Assembly (NCBI GenBank): GCA_963775465.1
Contig: CAVZIW010000001.1
Location: forward strand, 160,001 to 224,000
Length of the DNA stretch: 64,000 nucleotides
Source of the DNA: Candidatus Bathyarchaeota archaeon
GTDB taxonomy: Archaea > Thermoproteota > Bathyarchaeia > Bathyarchaeales > Bathycorpusculaceae
Reading direction: 5' to 3'
The notes under the pieces: generated by a model
Told to the model about the DNA's origin: nothing
The model's database searches: none
Seen by the model: the letters and a program-made list of their open reading frames with translations, nothing else
Made by a program: the position numbers and the translations under genes
In this document: positions 39,876-49,239 of the stretch, piece after piece
How positions within the stretch are numbered: position 1 is the stretch's first letter
Layout: every line of letters starts with the position of its first letter

Positions 39876-41099
39876 TTATCTGTTAATGTCTTCAAGTTGC
39901 TTTTTAGCTTGCTCTAAAGTTGAGCATGCGATTTCTACTTTTTCTCCATAGCCGATTGCAAGAGCATATGATTTGGCGTTGCCTTGCAAGGGAAAAGGAG
40001 GAGAAACTATGGATGCAAGTTTTGATGCTTTTTGATAAACTACCATTGTTGGTTTTGGTGTCTGTTGTTTTGAGAAACATGCAAATCCATGAATTTCAGT
40101 TTTTGTCGGCAGTCTGCCTAATACAACGGAATTAATCAATAACTCCGCTACATTGAAGTTGACGACTTTTCGTAAACCCACATATGAAGTTGTTAACCGA
40201 GGATTAACGTCCAAGACGAAAGCCGTGTCTTCTGATAAAACCATGTCTACTCCTACATAGCCTTTTAAGCCTTGAAATGACTCAACAGCTTTCTCTGCTA
40301 GGTCTAACGCAGCATCTTTAAGAGGATGCTCAAAAGGAACGATACCGCCTTCATAGCTCGAAGACTGGTCTGGACCAGAAACCTTCACACTCTGTTTGTT
40401 TAAACAGATTCCCAAAGCTTTCTTTCCAGTTGAAAGCAAACTTACGCTAGCCGGTTCTCCTTTTATGAATTCTTGGACAATGAAATGGTCATTGGCTGAT
40501 TCTAAGTTGATTTTAGACAGAGCTTTTTCAATTTGTTTTTCATCCTCAATTATGCTAAGCCCATTTGCTCCGACGCCATCCGAAGGTTTGAAGATCAATG
40601 GATAAGTTAGTTCTCGAATGATGCTTCGTTTGATTTGCTTTATATCTTCATCTTTTTTCAACACCAATGTTCTAGGAACCGAGAAACCGTTTTTTTCCAG
40701 CTCCGTGTAGAGAAGAGCTTTGTCCGTAACCTTGGAAATGACCTTAGATTCACAGTTTAATGTTACTTTCCCAGTTTCCTCGATTAACTTTACCATTGAA
40801 GGAAGATATTTTTCTTTTTCAGGCGCGATTACATACGCGGCATCGTTAACTTTGGCGATGTTACTAAGAAACTGTTTTGGCTCATTTGAGTATAGTATTG
40901 GAACTATAAAGTCAGCATCAATGGGTGGATTAAGCATTGATAACCTTCCATCCAAAAGAACCGTGACTGTATGTCCTACAGCTTTAAAATCTGCTGCTAT
41001 GCTACGCATCATTGCGAAGCCTTCAGCCAAAAAGCTCGGAGGAATAGGATGCTCGCAGTATCCTCCTCCTGAAACATGCTCATAAACGATAATTTTCAA
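39876..41099 (-). CDS. mfnD: Tyramine--L-glutamate ligase (ATP-grasp)
   Basis: EG.AM, IAPE, KP.DG.G, QEFIKG, GYVGVD, NPRLTTSY. Confidence 0.85.
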   Translation of the reverse strand: MKIIVYEHVSGGGYCEHPIPPSFLAEGFAMMRSIAADFKAVGHTVTVLLDGRLSMLNPPIDADFIVPILYSNEPKQFLSNIAKVNDAAYVIAPEKEKYLPSMVKLIEETGKVTLNCESKVISKVTDKALLYTELEKNGFSVPRTLVLKKDEDIKQIKRSIIRELTYPLIFKPSDGVGANGLSIIEDEKQIEKALSKINLESANDHFIVQEFIKGEPASVSLLSTGKKALGICLNKQSVKVSGPDQSSSYEGGIVPFEHPLKDAALDLAEKAVESFQGLKGYVGVDMVLSEDTAFVLDVNPRLTTSYVGLRKVVNFNVAELLINSVVLGRLPTKTEIHGFACFSKQQTPKPTMVVYQKASKLASIVSPPFPLQGNAKSYALAIGYGEKVEIACSTLEQAKKQLEDINR

Positions 41100-41142
41100 G
41101 ATAACTCACTTACAAGAAGACAACAAGACAAAACTGTTCCGT

Positions 41143-42276
41143 TTATAGTTTTTCTGTCTCTAAATCTTTAAGAAAAGCCTGAACATGCTTGCGCTTTACG
41201 TGGGGCATGACGACGATTCGGATGCAGTCATACCTTGGAACATAGGAGATAAACCAGCCGCGTTTAGCCATCTTCAATGCGAGAGCTCTTGTGTTTTCAG
41301 ATTTGAAGGCTAATAGATTAAGCTCTGGCTCGACAATTATTTTGAATCCAAGTTTCTTGAGACCTTTTGCTATCAGTTGGCTGTTTTTTATGCACGATAC
41401 GACTGCTTTCTTAAAGCCGTCGATTCCTAGAAATTTGAAGACTGCCCATGCCGAAGCTGCAGAGGCTCCCGTTCTTGTTCCAACAAACGTATATTGATTT
41501 CTTTCGGTCAAGTATGGAGTTTGAGTTTTAATGAAATTCAAGGGGGTTTTGTCTCTGAAAAGAATCCCACCCGTTGGAATTGCCGCCATCCCCATCTTGT
41601 GAGGGTCAACTGTGATAGATTTCACGCCAACTAAACTAAAATTAAAAGGCATTCGGGGTTGAGGCAAAAATGGAACGATTAAGCCGCCGAAGGCTGCATC
41701 AACGTGTAACCAAATATCATGCTTTCGGGCAATATTCGAGAGCTTGTCAATTGGGTCAATTATGCCTAATTCTGCCGTTCCAACTGTACCCACTATTGCA
41801 ACGGTTTTTTCTGTAATTTTATTTTCCACTTCAACAGGAATAACTCTGAAAGAGGAATCTAATTTTGCGTAAACCGGCTTTATGTTTAGTAAATTGCAGA
41901 TTTTAGTGAACGAGAAATGCGCTGATTCAGCTAAGACAACTTCGGGCTCTTTTGCTTTCTTCATGTTTCTTGCTGCCAGCAGGGCCATCAGGTTTGCTTC
42001 TGTACCTCCTGAAACCAGAAATCCTGTTGCACCCTTGTTGCTTAGGAGTGAGGCAAGGTGATTTATGACTCCCCGTTCGAGTTGTGCGGCTCCTGGAAAT
42101 AATCCAGAGTCTCCAAGGTTTGTTTCAAAAAATATTTCATATGCTCTTTTGGCTATCGGGTGCGGTTTGGTGGACATCGAACATAGTATCTTGCCATCTC
42201 TATATTTTTGGTCTAGACGGTGAATTTTTTTTAATTGTTTTAGAACGTCTTTTTGGCTTTGATCGATTGGCAGCAA
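41143..42276 (-). CDS. mfnA: L-tyrosine decarboxylase
   Basis: ILCSM.T.PH, NLGD.GLFPG, SGGTEAN, HVDAAFGG, DPHKMG. Confidence 0.92.
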   Translation of the reverse strand: MLPIDQSQKDVLKQLKKIHRLDQKYRDGKILCSMSTKPHPIAKRAYEIFFETNLGDSGLFPGAAQLERGVINHLASLLSNKGATGFLVSGGTEANLMALLAARNMKKAKEPEVVLAESAHFSFTKICNLLNIKPVYAKLDSSFRVIPVEVENKITEKTVAIVGTVGTAELGIIDPIDKLSNIARKHDIWLHVDAAFGGLIVPFLPQPRMPFNFSLVGVKSITVDPHKMGMAAIPTGGILFRDKTPLNFIKTQTPYLTERNQYTFVGTRTGASAASAWAVFKFLGIDGFKKAVVSCIKNSQLIAKGLKKLGFKIIVEPELNLLAFKSENTRALALKMAKRGWFISYVPRYDCIRIVVMPHVKRKHVQAFLKDLETEKL

Positions 42277-42277
42277 G

Positions 42278-43036
42278 TCAAGCCCTCTTGCTTAGATTTT
42301 CTGCTTGTTTGACAGTCTTTACTAGATCGCTTACCAGCTCTCTTGTAATTTCGCCACTTATTCGATTTCCCCTCGCACATGCCGCTCCCCTTAACCCTGC
42401 AATATCCGTGCCTAAATCGTAAACAACAGGCAAATCTGCCTTTCTAAGTGAACCGGCCAATGCTACCTCTAGACCCAAAGAATGGGCGTTATCAACGAAA
42501 GTCTTCACCTGGGGCATAGTTAGGTTATCAAAGAGGCTTTTTCCTTGCTTAGCATAGGTATCAATCATGACTACATCGATGTAAGCTTGCTTAGCGATTT
42601 GGGGAAGAATCAATGGATTTATTGCGCCGATTTTTTCTGCGTCAGCATATCCAGCGGCCACTACTTTGATTTTAGGATTACATTCTTTGGCTGCCCGGTT
42701 AACGCTTTCAAGTAATTGTATTACTTGATTAGATGTTTTGACCCCGTATAGTCCTACTTTGATGTAGTCTACTCCTAAAAATGCTGCGCCAAGTGCAGCC
42801 AGAGAAATGGAGCCTGGAAGGTTGGGAACTTCACCTAAAGTGCAGCTCACTTGAAGTCTTTTAGGAGTAATCTCTCTGATTCTCCTGATAACCCATGGAA
42901 AATTTGCTCCTAATGGGCCTTCAGCGGGGTTTTTTACGTCGATTATGTCTGCTCCGCCGGCGATGGCTTCTTCTGCTTCTTTTTCGTTGGATGGGCTTAT
43001 CAGCAGTTTCAAGGTGGTGTCATATTGATGCGGCAA
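42278..43036 (-). CDS. mfnB: (5-formylfuran-3-yl)methyl phosphate synthase
   Basis: LLISP, DVKNP.EG.LGANFPW, DYIKVGL, MIDT..K, ALAGSL, RGAAC. Confidence 0.92.
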   Translation of the reverse strand: MPHQYDTTLKLLISPSNEKEAEEAIAGGADIIDVKNPAEGPLGANFPWVIRRIREITPKRLQVSCTLGEVPNLPGSISLAALGAAFLGVDYIKVGLYGVKTSNQVIQLLESVNRAAKECNPKIKVVAAGYADAEKIGAINPLILPQIAKQAYIDVVMIDTYAKQGKSLFDNLTMPQVKTFVDNAHSLGLEVALAGSLRKADLPVVYDLGTDIAGLRGAACARGNRISGEITRELVSDLVKTVKQAENLSKRA

Positions 43037-43212
43037 ATTGATGCCTTTAAAGGTTTCCTGTTATTAGAAAGAAGCTGCTCCAATTTCAATTAGGCATTGG
43101 TATTAGCATCTGATAATAAACAAATTCTAATCAGGATCGATTATTTTGTGTAAGATTTAAATGGCTTCGGCTTCATTATTTGCTTTAAATAAAATTCAAC
43201 GGTAACCCTTGC

Positions 43213-43911
43213 ATGTCGCTGATACCTGAAATATCAAATCCGTATCTTGGAGCATTTGCAGGGGGCTTGCTCTATGGATTGGCTGTTTGCACGGCATCGT
43301 GTTTACCTGTTGTAACCGGGTACATCGCGGGTGTTGGCGCAGGTTTTTCTAAAGGGGTCAAAGTTACGTTGATTTTTAATTCAGGCAGAATATTGGCGTA
43401 TACCTTGATCGGCGCGTTAATTGGTTTATTTAGTGGTTTATTTCGTGTTTTTGTTTCTGAGTCTGCCATTTCTCCGTTTCAAGTTTATTCTTCTTTCGCT
43501 TTTGGAATAGTTACAATTGTTATTGGTGCCGCTATTTTGTTCAGGGCAAGAAAGCCGTGTGATTGTAACGGGGGAAGAACCTCAGTCGGTGCCTTTGGGA
43601 AGGTTGGCAGGTTTGGAGTGGATTTTGGGGCTTTCTCTTTGGGGTTGAGTAGAGGTTTAGTTGTTTGTCCGCCTTTGATTGCGCTTTTGCTTTATTCGTT
43701 GCCATTTACAAGTCCTGTAGGAAGTGTTGGTATTGCGCTTTTGTTTGGTTTAGGAACTGCTTTGTCTCCGATGATCCTTTTGGGAGGTGTTACAGGATGG
43801 TTGCTGGGTAAGGCGCCTTTATTTCGGAAGTGGATTTCGTTGGCTGGCGGTGGGATTCTAATACTTCTCGGGTTATTTACTATGGTTAGTTCCATATTTC
43901 AGTTATCATGA
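43213..43911 (+). CDS. DsbD_2/TauE-like membrane protein
   Basis: GLAVCTASCLP, FNSGRILAY, GLVVCPPL, FGLGT; about six TM helices. Confidence 0.8.
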   Translation: MSLIPEISNPYLGAFAGGLLYGLAVCTASCLPVVTGYIAGVGAGFSKGVKVTLIFNSGRILAYTLIGALIGLFSGLFRVFVSESAISPFQVYSSFAFGIVTIVIGAAILFRARKPCDCNGGRTSVGAFGKVGRFGVDFGAFSLGLSRGLVVCPPLIALLLYSLPFTSPVGSVGIALLFGLGTALSPMILLGGVTGWLLGKAPLFRKWISLAGGGILILLGLFTMVSSIFQLS

Positions 43912-43920
43912 GGAAAAAAA

Positions 43921-44904
43921 ATGACGTTAGAAATAGTTGGAGATCTACTGAGGCTGATGGTTCTTGGGGGACTTGGTATAGCAGGGATTCTAACTATTCT
44001 AATTTGGAAAAAGAACTTGTCTACCCGAGTTACGTTTGTTAGATTTGTCATCCAAGCAGTTTCTATGGCAGCAATATTCTACATATTCACCTACACAATC
44101 CCATTACTCTATGTGCTGATTGTTCTTTTGGTAATGACCCTTTTTCTTGGGAGGTTTTTCTGTGGTTGGCTGTGCCCATTTGCCTTTCTTATGGATGTTG
44201 AGAGTGTTGTTAGAAAGGCCTTAAAGATAAGATACCGAACGATACCAGACAAACTAAACAAGGCGTTGCATAAGTTCAGGTATGTTTTATTGTTGTTTTT
44301 CCTGTTAATACCAATTGTTTTATGGTTTTTGGAGCCACCGCCAAACGTAGATTTCGCTGTGCTATATGCTGAGGTTTTGGCGGGTCCTTTCCGTCCTTAC
44401 AGTATTCTTTTGGCGCCTCTTATTCCAGTAATTGTTTCCTGGACAACTGCCCCGTTGATAGTCGGCGGAGTTAACTTTAGCTATCCCTATGTTCAGGATA
44501 TCCTAACTTGGGCTGGACAAGACATAGGTCAAGTGATTGCTATTGTGTTTATTGGTTTAACCCTCGTCGGGTCGTTTTTCATAAGGCGTTCTTGGTGCCG
44601 TTTTTGTCCAACTGGAGTCTCATTAGCAGTTGTGAACCGGTTTAAGGGTTTTAAGTGGGCTCCTTTAGTGCATTTGGAAAAAGATGAAGAGAAATGCACA
44701 AAATGTGGCGTGTGCAAAAGGGTTTGCCCCGTAGGCGTTGAGGATGTGTATGAACAGAAGGGTGGCAAAATTCAGACTTCACAATGCATGGTTTGTTCGC
44801 GTTGCGTTGAGATGTGCCCGTATGAGGGTACATTAAAGGTGAAGTTAGGAAAAAAGACGCTGTTTAAGTCAAGAAACTGGTTGGAACAACCAAAAAGTGA
44901 ATGA
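43921..44904 (+). CDS. NapH/MauN-like membrane 4Fe-4S polyferredoxin
   Basis: GRFFCGWLCP, WCRFCP, CTKCGVCKRVCP, CMVCSRCVEMCP; multiple TMs. Confidence 0.88.
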   Translation: MTLEIVGDLLRLMVLGGLGIAGILTILIWKKNLSTRVTFVRFVIQAVSMAAIFYIFTYTIPLLYVLIVLLVMTLFLGRFFCGWLCPFAFLMDVESVVRKALKIRYRTIPDKLNKALHKFRYVLLLFFLLIPIVLWFLEPPPNVDFAVLYAEVLAGPFRPYSILLAPLIPVIVSWTTAPLIVGGVNFSYPYVQDILTWAGQDIGQVIAIVFIGLTLVGSFFIRRSWCRFCPTGVSLAVVNRFKGFKWAPLVHLEKDEEKCTKCGVCKRVCPVGVEDVYEQKGGKIQTSQCMVCSRCVEMCPYEGTLKVKLGKKTLFKSRNWLEQPKSE

Positions 44905-46249
44905 GGAACAGAGAAAAATGAATCAAAAAACCGCTGAAAAAAAATTCATGCCAGATGTCCCCAGAAAAGAAATCGAAGAACTTAAAAATTCAATAACTGC
45001 AGCCTCACAGAAAATAATAGCTGACAACATTGACCGTATGAAGAAAGCTGACCCTCACCGTCCTGAATCAATGAAGTATTTTGATGAAATGGCAAACCTA
45101 TTTGGTCCAAGGCAAAAAGAGATAGCTGCAGAAAAAGAAAAAGGAAAGAAAGTTATCGGTTACATGTGCCTTTTTGCGCCAACTGAACTGATTTTAGCCG
45201 CAGATGCCATTCCTGTCCGTGTTAATTCCGGGTGGTATGATACGTCTAAACTCGGCGATAGAGTTGTCCCAGTTGAGGTATGCCCAGTTATACGGTCCAC
45301 AATTGGAGCCAAAATGATTGAGCTTTCTCCTTTCCTCGAGCAGAGTGATGCTTTAATCAGCGTTTTAACCTGTGATGGCATGACTAAACTCGCTGAAATT
45401 TTAGGCGATTACAAAACTATTTGGGGCATGAATATTCCTCGAATAAAAGACACCACTCAATCTCTTCGTTTCTGGAGTGACGAAATCAAACACATGAAAA
45501 CTCAAATTGAAGGCTTTACGGGCAACAAAATTACAAGAAAAAAACTAAAGCAAGCAATCGAAACCAGCCATAAAGCCACAAAAGCGTTTCGTAGATTGCA
45601 GGATTTACGCAAGGGCTCTCCAGTAATTATGGGCAGAGATGCTATGTTAGTAAATCAAACTTATTTATGGGATGATAAGAAACGCTGGACAGAAAAAACG
45701 GAAGCATTATGCGATGAACTAGAGAAACGTGTACAACAAAAAGATTGGGTTTGCCCGCCTGATACACCTAGAGTCATGGTTACGGGAACCCCGATGTTTT
45801 GGCCAGATAACTGGAAACTCCCAACACTCGTCGAAGAAGCTAGTCCTCAAGGCATCATTGTAGCTGACGAACTCTGTTCAGGCGAAAGAATTTTGAATGA
45901 TCCCATAGGCGTGGATGAATGGTCAATGGATGACATGTTAAATTCCATAAGCGAGCGCTACTTGATGGCTTCAACCTGTCCATGTTTTACCAGCAAAGAC
46001 GGCAACGAAGACCGAGTTAACTGGCTTCTAAACAAAGTTAAAGAGGCAAACATTCAAGGAGTTATTTACTACGTAGTGCGAGGCTGTATGCTCTACGCAA
46101 TGGAATATACTCGAATCAAGAAAGCATTGGACAAAATTAATGTGCCAGTTTACTATTTGGATACGGAATATACCAGGGAAGATGTTGGCCAAATGAAAAC
46201 CCGTGTAGAAGCATTCCTTGAAATGTTAACAGCCAGAGTTGATTTCTAA
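44897..46249 (+). CDS. Double-cubane-cluster-type reductase / 2-hydroxyacyl-CoA dehydratase (HgdB/FldB) family
   Basis: GYMC..P.E, VCP.IRS, TCDG, DELCSGER, CPCF, GC..Y.ME, Y..ED.GQ.KTRVEAFLE. Confidence 0.82.
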   Translation: MNEEQRKMNQKTAEKKFMPDVPRKEIEELKNSITAASQKIIADNIDRMKKADPHRPESMKYFDEMANLFGPRQKEIAAEKEKGKKVIGYMCLFAPTELILAADAIPVRVNSGWYDTSKLGDRVVPVEVCPVIRSTIGAKMIELSPFLEQSDALISVLTCDGMTKLAEILGDYKTIWGMNIPRIKDTTQSLRFWSDEIKHMKTQIEGFTGNKITRKKLKQAIETSHKATKAFRRLQDLRKGSPVIMGRDAMLVNQTYLWDDKKRWTEKTEALCDELEKRVQQKDWVCPPDTPRVMVTGTPMFWPDNWKLPTLVEEASPQGIIVADELCSGERILNDPIGVDEWSMDDMLNSISERYLMASTCPCFTSKDGNEDRVNWLLNKVKEANIQGVIYYVVRGCMLYAMEYTRIKKALDKINVPVYYLDTEYTREDVGQMKTRVEAFLEMLTARVDF

Positions 46250-46250
46250 G

Positions 46251-47036
46251 ATGATAACCGCCGGAATGGATCTTGGTACCCAAAGAGTTCAAGTTGTAAT
46301 CGTTAAAGATGGCGAAGTTGTCGCTCGAGCGACGGCTTTCTCAGGATTTGATCCCACCAAAGCCGCGGAGCAAGCAGTAGATGAAGCGCTAAAGCAAGCA
46401 AACTTGAAATTGAGTGACATTAACCATTTTTCTTCTACCGGTTCAGCTGTGGATATGGCTCCATACGCTAACAGCAAAGTTAGCATGATGGGTGCAGACG
46501 CAAAAGCAGCAGTGTATCTTGTCCCCAAAGCTCGCACAATTATTGATGTGGGTGCTGAAGAAGCAAGAGCCGTAAAATGCGACGAAAAAGGCATCATGAT
46601 GGACTTTGTTGTTAACGAGCGTTGCGCTGCTGGAGCTGGAGCATTTATCGAAGCAATGGCACGGGCATTGGAGGTTAAAACAGAGGATATGGGTCCGTTG
46701 GCTCTAAAGGCAGAGCGGGCAAGTCCAATAAATGCTTCCTGTGTTATTTTTGGCGAGTCAGATGTAGTCTCGCTTATTCACCGGCAGGAATCAAAACCAG
46801 AAATTGCACGTGCAGTCTACGATGCGATGGCAGATAGAGTTTCATCTATGATTCACCGCTTGGGAATAAATCCTGAAGTGGTATTAGTAGGTGGAGTTGC
46901 AAAAGATCCAGGTTTTGTAGCGTCGCTGAACCGTAAATTGGGTCTTTCCGTTACGATTCCCGAGTTTCCCGAATATATAGGAGCTTTAGGTGCTGCACTG
47001 ATAGCTGCAACTCGAGTTAAGGAGACATCAAAATGA
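46251..47036 (+). CDS. ASKHA ATPase activator, BzdP/BcrD-like
   Basis: TAGMDLG, DVGAEE.RA.KCD, NERCAAGAG.F.E, NASCVIFGES. Confidence 0.85.
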   Translation: MITAGMDLGTQRVQVVIVKDGEVVARATAFSGFDPTKAAEQAVDEALKQANLKLSDINHFSSTGSAVDMAPYANSKVSMMGADAKAAVYLVPKARTIIDVGAEEARAVKCDEKGIMMDFVVNERCAAGAGAFIEAMARALEVKTEDMGPLALKAERASPINASCVIFGESDVVSLIHRQESKPEIARAVYDAMADRVSSMIHRLGINPEVVLVGGVAKDPGFVASLNRKLGLSVTIPEFPEYIGALGAALIAATRVKETSK

Positions 47037-47929
47037 GTCAATCAAATCCCGAGTTTTGGCGTTGGCAAGAATATCACCGAATAATGCCTAATAAGAAATG
47101 GACAAAACAGGACATCATAACGGCTGGAGTAGACGTTGGTTCAGTGGGTTCCAAAGCTGCTATCATGGTCAACGGCGAGGCTTATAGTTGGGGCATTACC
47201 CGAACAGGCTCAAACAGTCCTGAAAGCGCTAAGAAAGCTCTTGATTACGCTTTACAAGATACAGGTCTTAGAGTTACAGATCTTAAGTACATTGTCGGCA
47301 CAGGGTATGGCCGTGTCAATGTACCAATGGCTAACAAAGCTATAACTGAAATCGCATGCCACGCAAAAGGCGCCAACTACATCTGGGGACCCGGCGTCCG
47401 AACCGTGTTGGATGTTGGTGGACAGGACATCAAAGCCATACGAATCGACGAAACAGGCAGAGTTGTCTCCTTTCTTATGAATGACAAATGCGCTGCAGGC
47501 ACAGGACGAGGCATGGAAGTTTTTGCGGACCTGCTAAAAATACCCATCGAAGAAATTGGTGAAATTTCATTAAAAGTGGAACAAGACCCTGAACCCGTAA
47601 GTTGCACATGCGTTGCTTTTGCCAAAACAGAAGCTATGGGACTTTTGCGAAAAGGCTGGTCTAAAGAAAAAGTTTTAGCCGCTTACACACGTGCGATGGC
47701 GGTTCGTATGGCGAATTTAATTAAACGCGTCGGCTTAGAAAAGGAGTTAGTAGTTACTGGCGGGCAATCCAAAAATATTGGTATTGTTAGCCGAATCGAA
47801 GTCATCTTAGGAGTTAAAACACTTCCTATGCCAAGGTGGCGTGAAGATGGATTAGATCCAATGGTTGCGGGTGCTTTGGGTGCTGCTTCGCTTGGCAAGT
47901 TATTATACGATAAAGAACAAAAAGGGTAG
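47033..47929 (+). CDS. ASKHA ATPase activator, BzdQ/BcrA-like
   Basis: N-terminal EFWRWQE, GVDVGS, GTGYGR, TEIACHAKG, DVGGQD, NDKCAAGTG, CVAFAK. Confidence 0.87.
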   Translation: MSQSNPEFWRWQEYHRIMPNKKWTKQDIITAGVDVGSVGSKAAIMVNGEAYSWGITRTGSNSPESAKKALDYALQDTGLRVTDLKYIVGTGYGRVNVPMANKAITEIACHAKGANYIWGPGVRTVLDVGGQDIKAIRIDETGRVVSFLMNDKCAAGTGRGMEVFADLLKIPIEEIGEISLKVEQDPEPVSCTCVAFAKTEAMGLLRKGWSKEKVLAAYTRAMAVRMANLIKRVGLEKELVVTGGQSKNIGIVSRIEVILGVKTLPMPRWREDGLDPMVAGALGAASLGKLLYDKEQKG

Positions 47930-47931
47930 AT

Positions 47932-48225
47932 TTGACTTTGATTACGCATTATGGCTACTGTGACGGTTCAGGCGAATACTATATCGTTATAGATTCGGAC
48001 AAATGCAATGGCTGCAACAAATGTGTACAAGCATGCCCACAAAAGGCCCTTCAATTGGAAATTGAGTTCATCGACCTTGAAGAAAAAACGGTTGCGGCAG
48101 TGGTAGAATTGCATCGAAAAAAAATCAAATATACCTGCGCATCCTGTAAGCCCGAAAATAACAACACTCCTTGTGCTTTAGCTTGTGAATCCAAAGCGAT
48201 TAACTCTGTTTGGATCCCTCGCTGA
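47932..48225 (+). CDS. Ferredoxin, BzdM-like
   Basis: YGY.DGSGEYYI.ID.DKCNGCNKCVQACP...KIKYTCASCKP...PCALAC. Confidence 0.82.
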   Translation: MTLITHYGYCDGSGEYYIVIDSDKCNGCNKCVQACPQKALQLEIEFIDLEEKTVAAVVELHRKKIKYTCASCKPENNNTPCALACESKAINSVWIPR

Positions 48226-48343
48226 CTTCAGGTAAAATTTTTAACAGCTTAAATCTAAATGTTAATATTGTTAATCAGTATAACTACGCTGTTATTGCGA
48301 TATTATTTTGAGATTCGTTACGTTTATTTATAGTCAAGGATAA

Positions 48344-48925
48344 TTGAGTTGTCAGATAAGTGGGGTAGATAATAAATTGTCAAAGAATCCGCAGTCTAAA
48401 GATGAAGCGCTTGAGGCTTTAGACTTTATAGTTAACGTGCTAAAAGAGCATGAACGAGATTTGGATAAACTCATTAATGAATTGGCAACTGTTACAGAGC
48501 AGATGGGCGATACAGGCGAATTGAACAGCAAAGTTGAGAAGATAGAGGAAAAAATATGTGGCTTACAAAAAGAAATTAAAAGTTTGGTAGGTTACGTTTC
48601 TGGTTCTTCCAAGCAAGTTGGTGCACATGAGGCTTCCATTGAACCGCCTTGCGCGCCTACGACTATTATGGTGGGGGGGCAATCGGTTATTCTTAGATGC
48701 AAGCAATGGGAAGATTTTCAAGCTTTGGCGGTTAATGCTCAAACTCTGTCTTACACCTATAAGGAAGAAGAAAAATTATTCCAAGCTGAGGCTTTGAAAG
48801 GTAATCAGATTATCACTTACAGTGGACCTCTTCCAAAGTTTTCTGCTATCTTGAAATCTTGGTTGTCTAAGCAGCTTGATGCACCCGAACGAGGTATTTT
48901 GGAAGGCGCTTTAGCTACTCGATAG
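48344..48925 (+). CDS. Coiled-coil hypothetical protein
   Basis: EALDFIVNVLKEHERDLDKLI heptad region; start possibly TTG near 48377. Confidence 0.7.
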   Translation: MSCQISGVDNKLSKNPQSKDEALEALDFIVNVLKEHERDLDKLINELATVTEQMGDTGELNSKVEKIEEKICGLQKEIKSLVGYVSGSSKQVGAHEASIEPPCAPTTIMVGGQSVILRCKQWEDFQALAVNAQTLSYTYKEEEKLFQAEALKGNQIITYSGPLPKFSAILKSWLSKQLDAPERGILEGALATR

Positions 48926-48999
48926 TTCATACTTCAGATTCTTTTTTTATTTTCATAAACCTTATAAAGTATCTCTAATATCTTAAGTCTTGTTAGTGA

Positions 49000-49129
49000 T
49001 TGGAGGACTGGTCTGGTTGAAGGCTAAACCACTAAGCCATACAAACATTTTCCGTTTTCGAAGCCTTCTCCTTTCTCCTCGATAAACGGATGGCTAAGTG
49101 TTAAGCCAACAAACAAAACCAGCCTCCAA
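49000..49129 (+). ncRNA. Candidate long-hairpin non-coding RNA
   Basis: Three nested stems; TATA-like CTTATAAA at 48961; located between convergent genes. Confidence 0.45.
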
Positions 49130-49239
49130 AACTCTAACAAAAATTATGTTAAAACGCCCTTCCTAATCCGCATGTGATTAAAAAGAGCCAAAGGACTTAT
49201 TTCCCAAAATATAATCTTCAACAAAAAAAGAAAAAAGTA

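Noticed and set aside
44897-48225. Canonical benzoyl-CoA reductase
   Set aside because: Only one HgdB-family subunit with a double-cubane-like Cys pattern; no BzdN/BzdO pair or downstream ring-cleavage genes in the window
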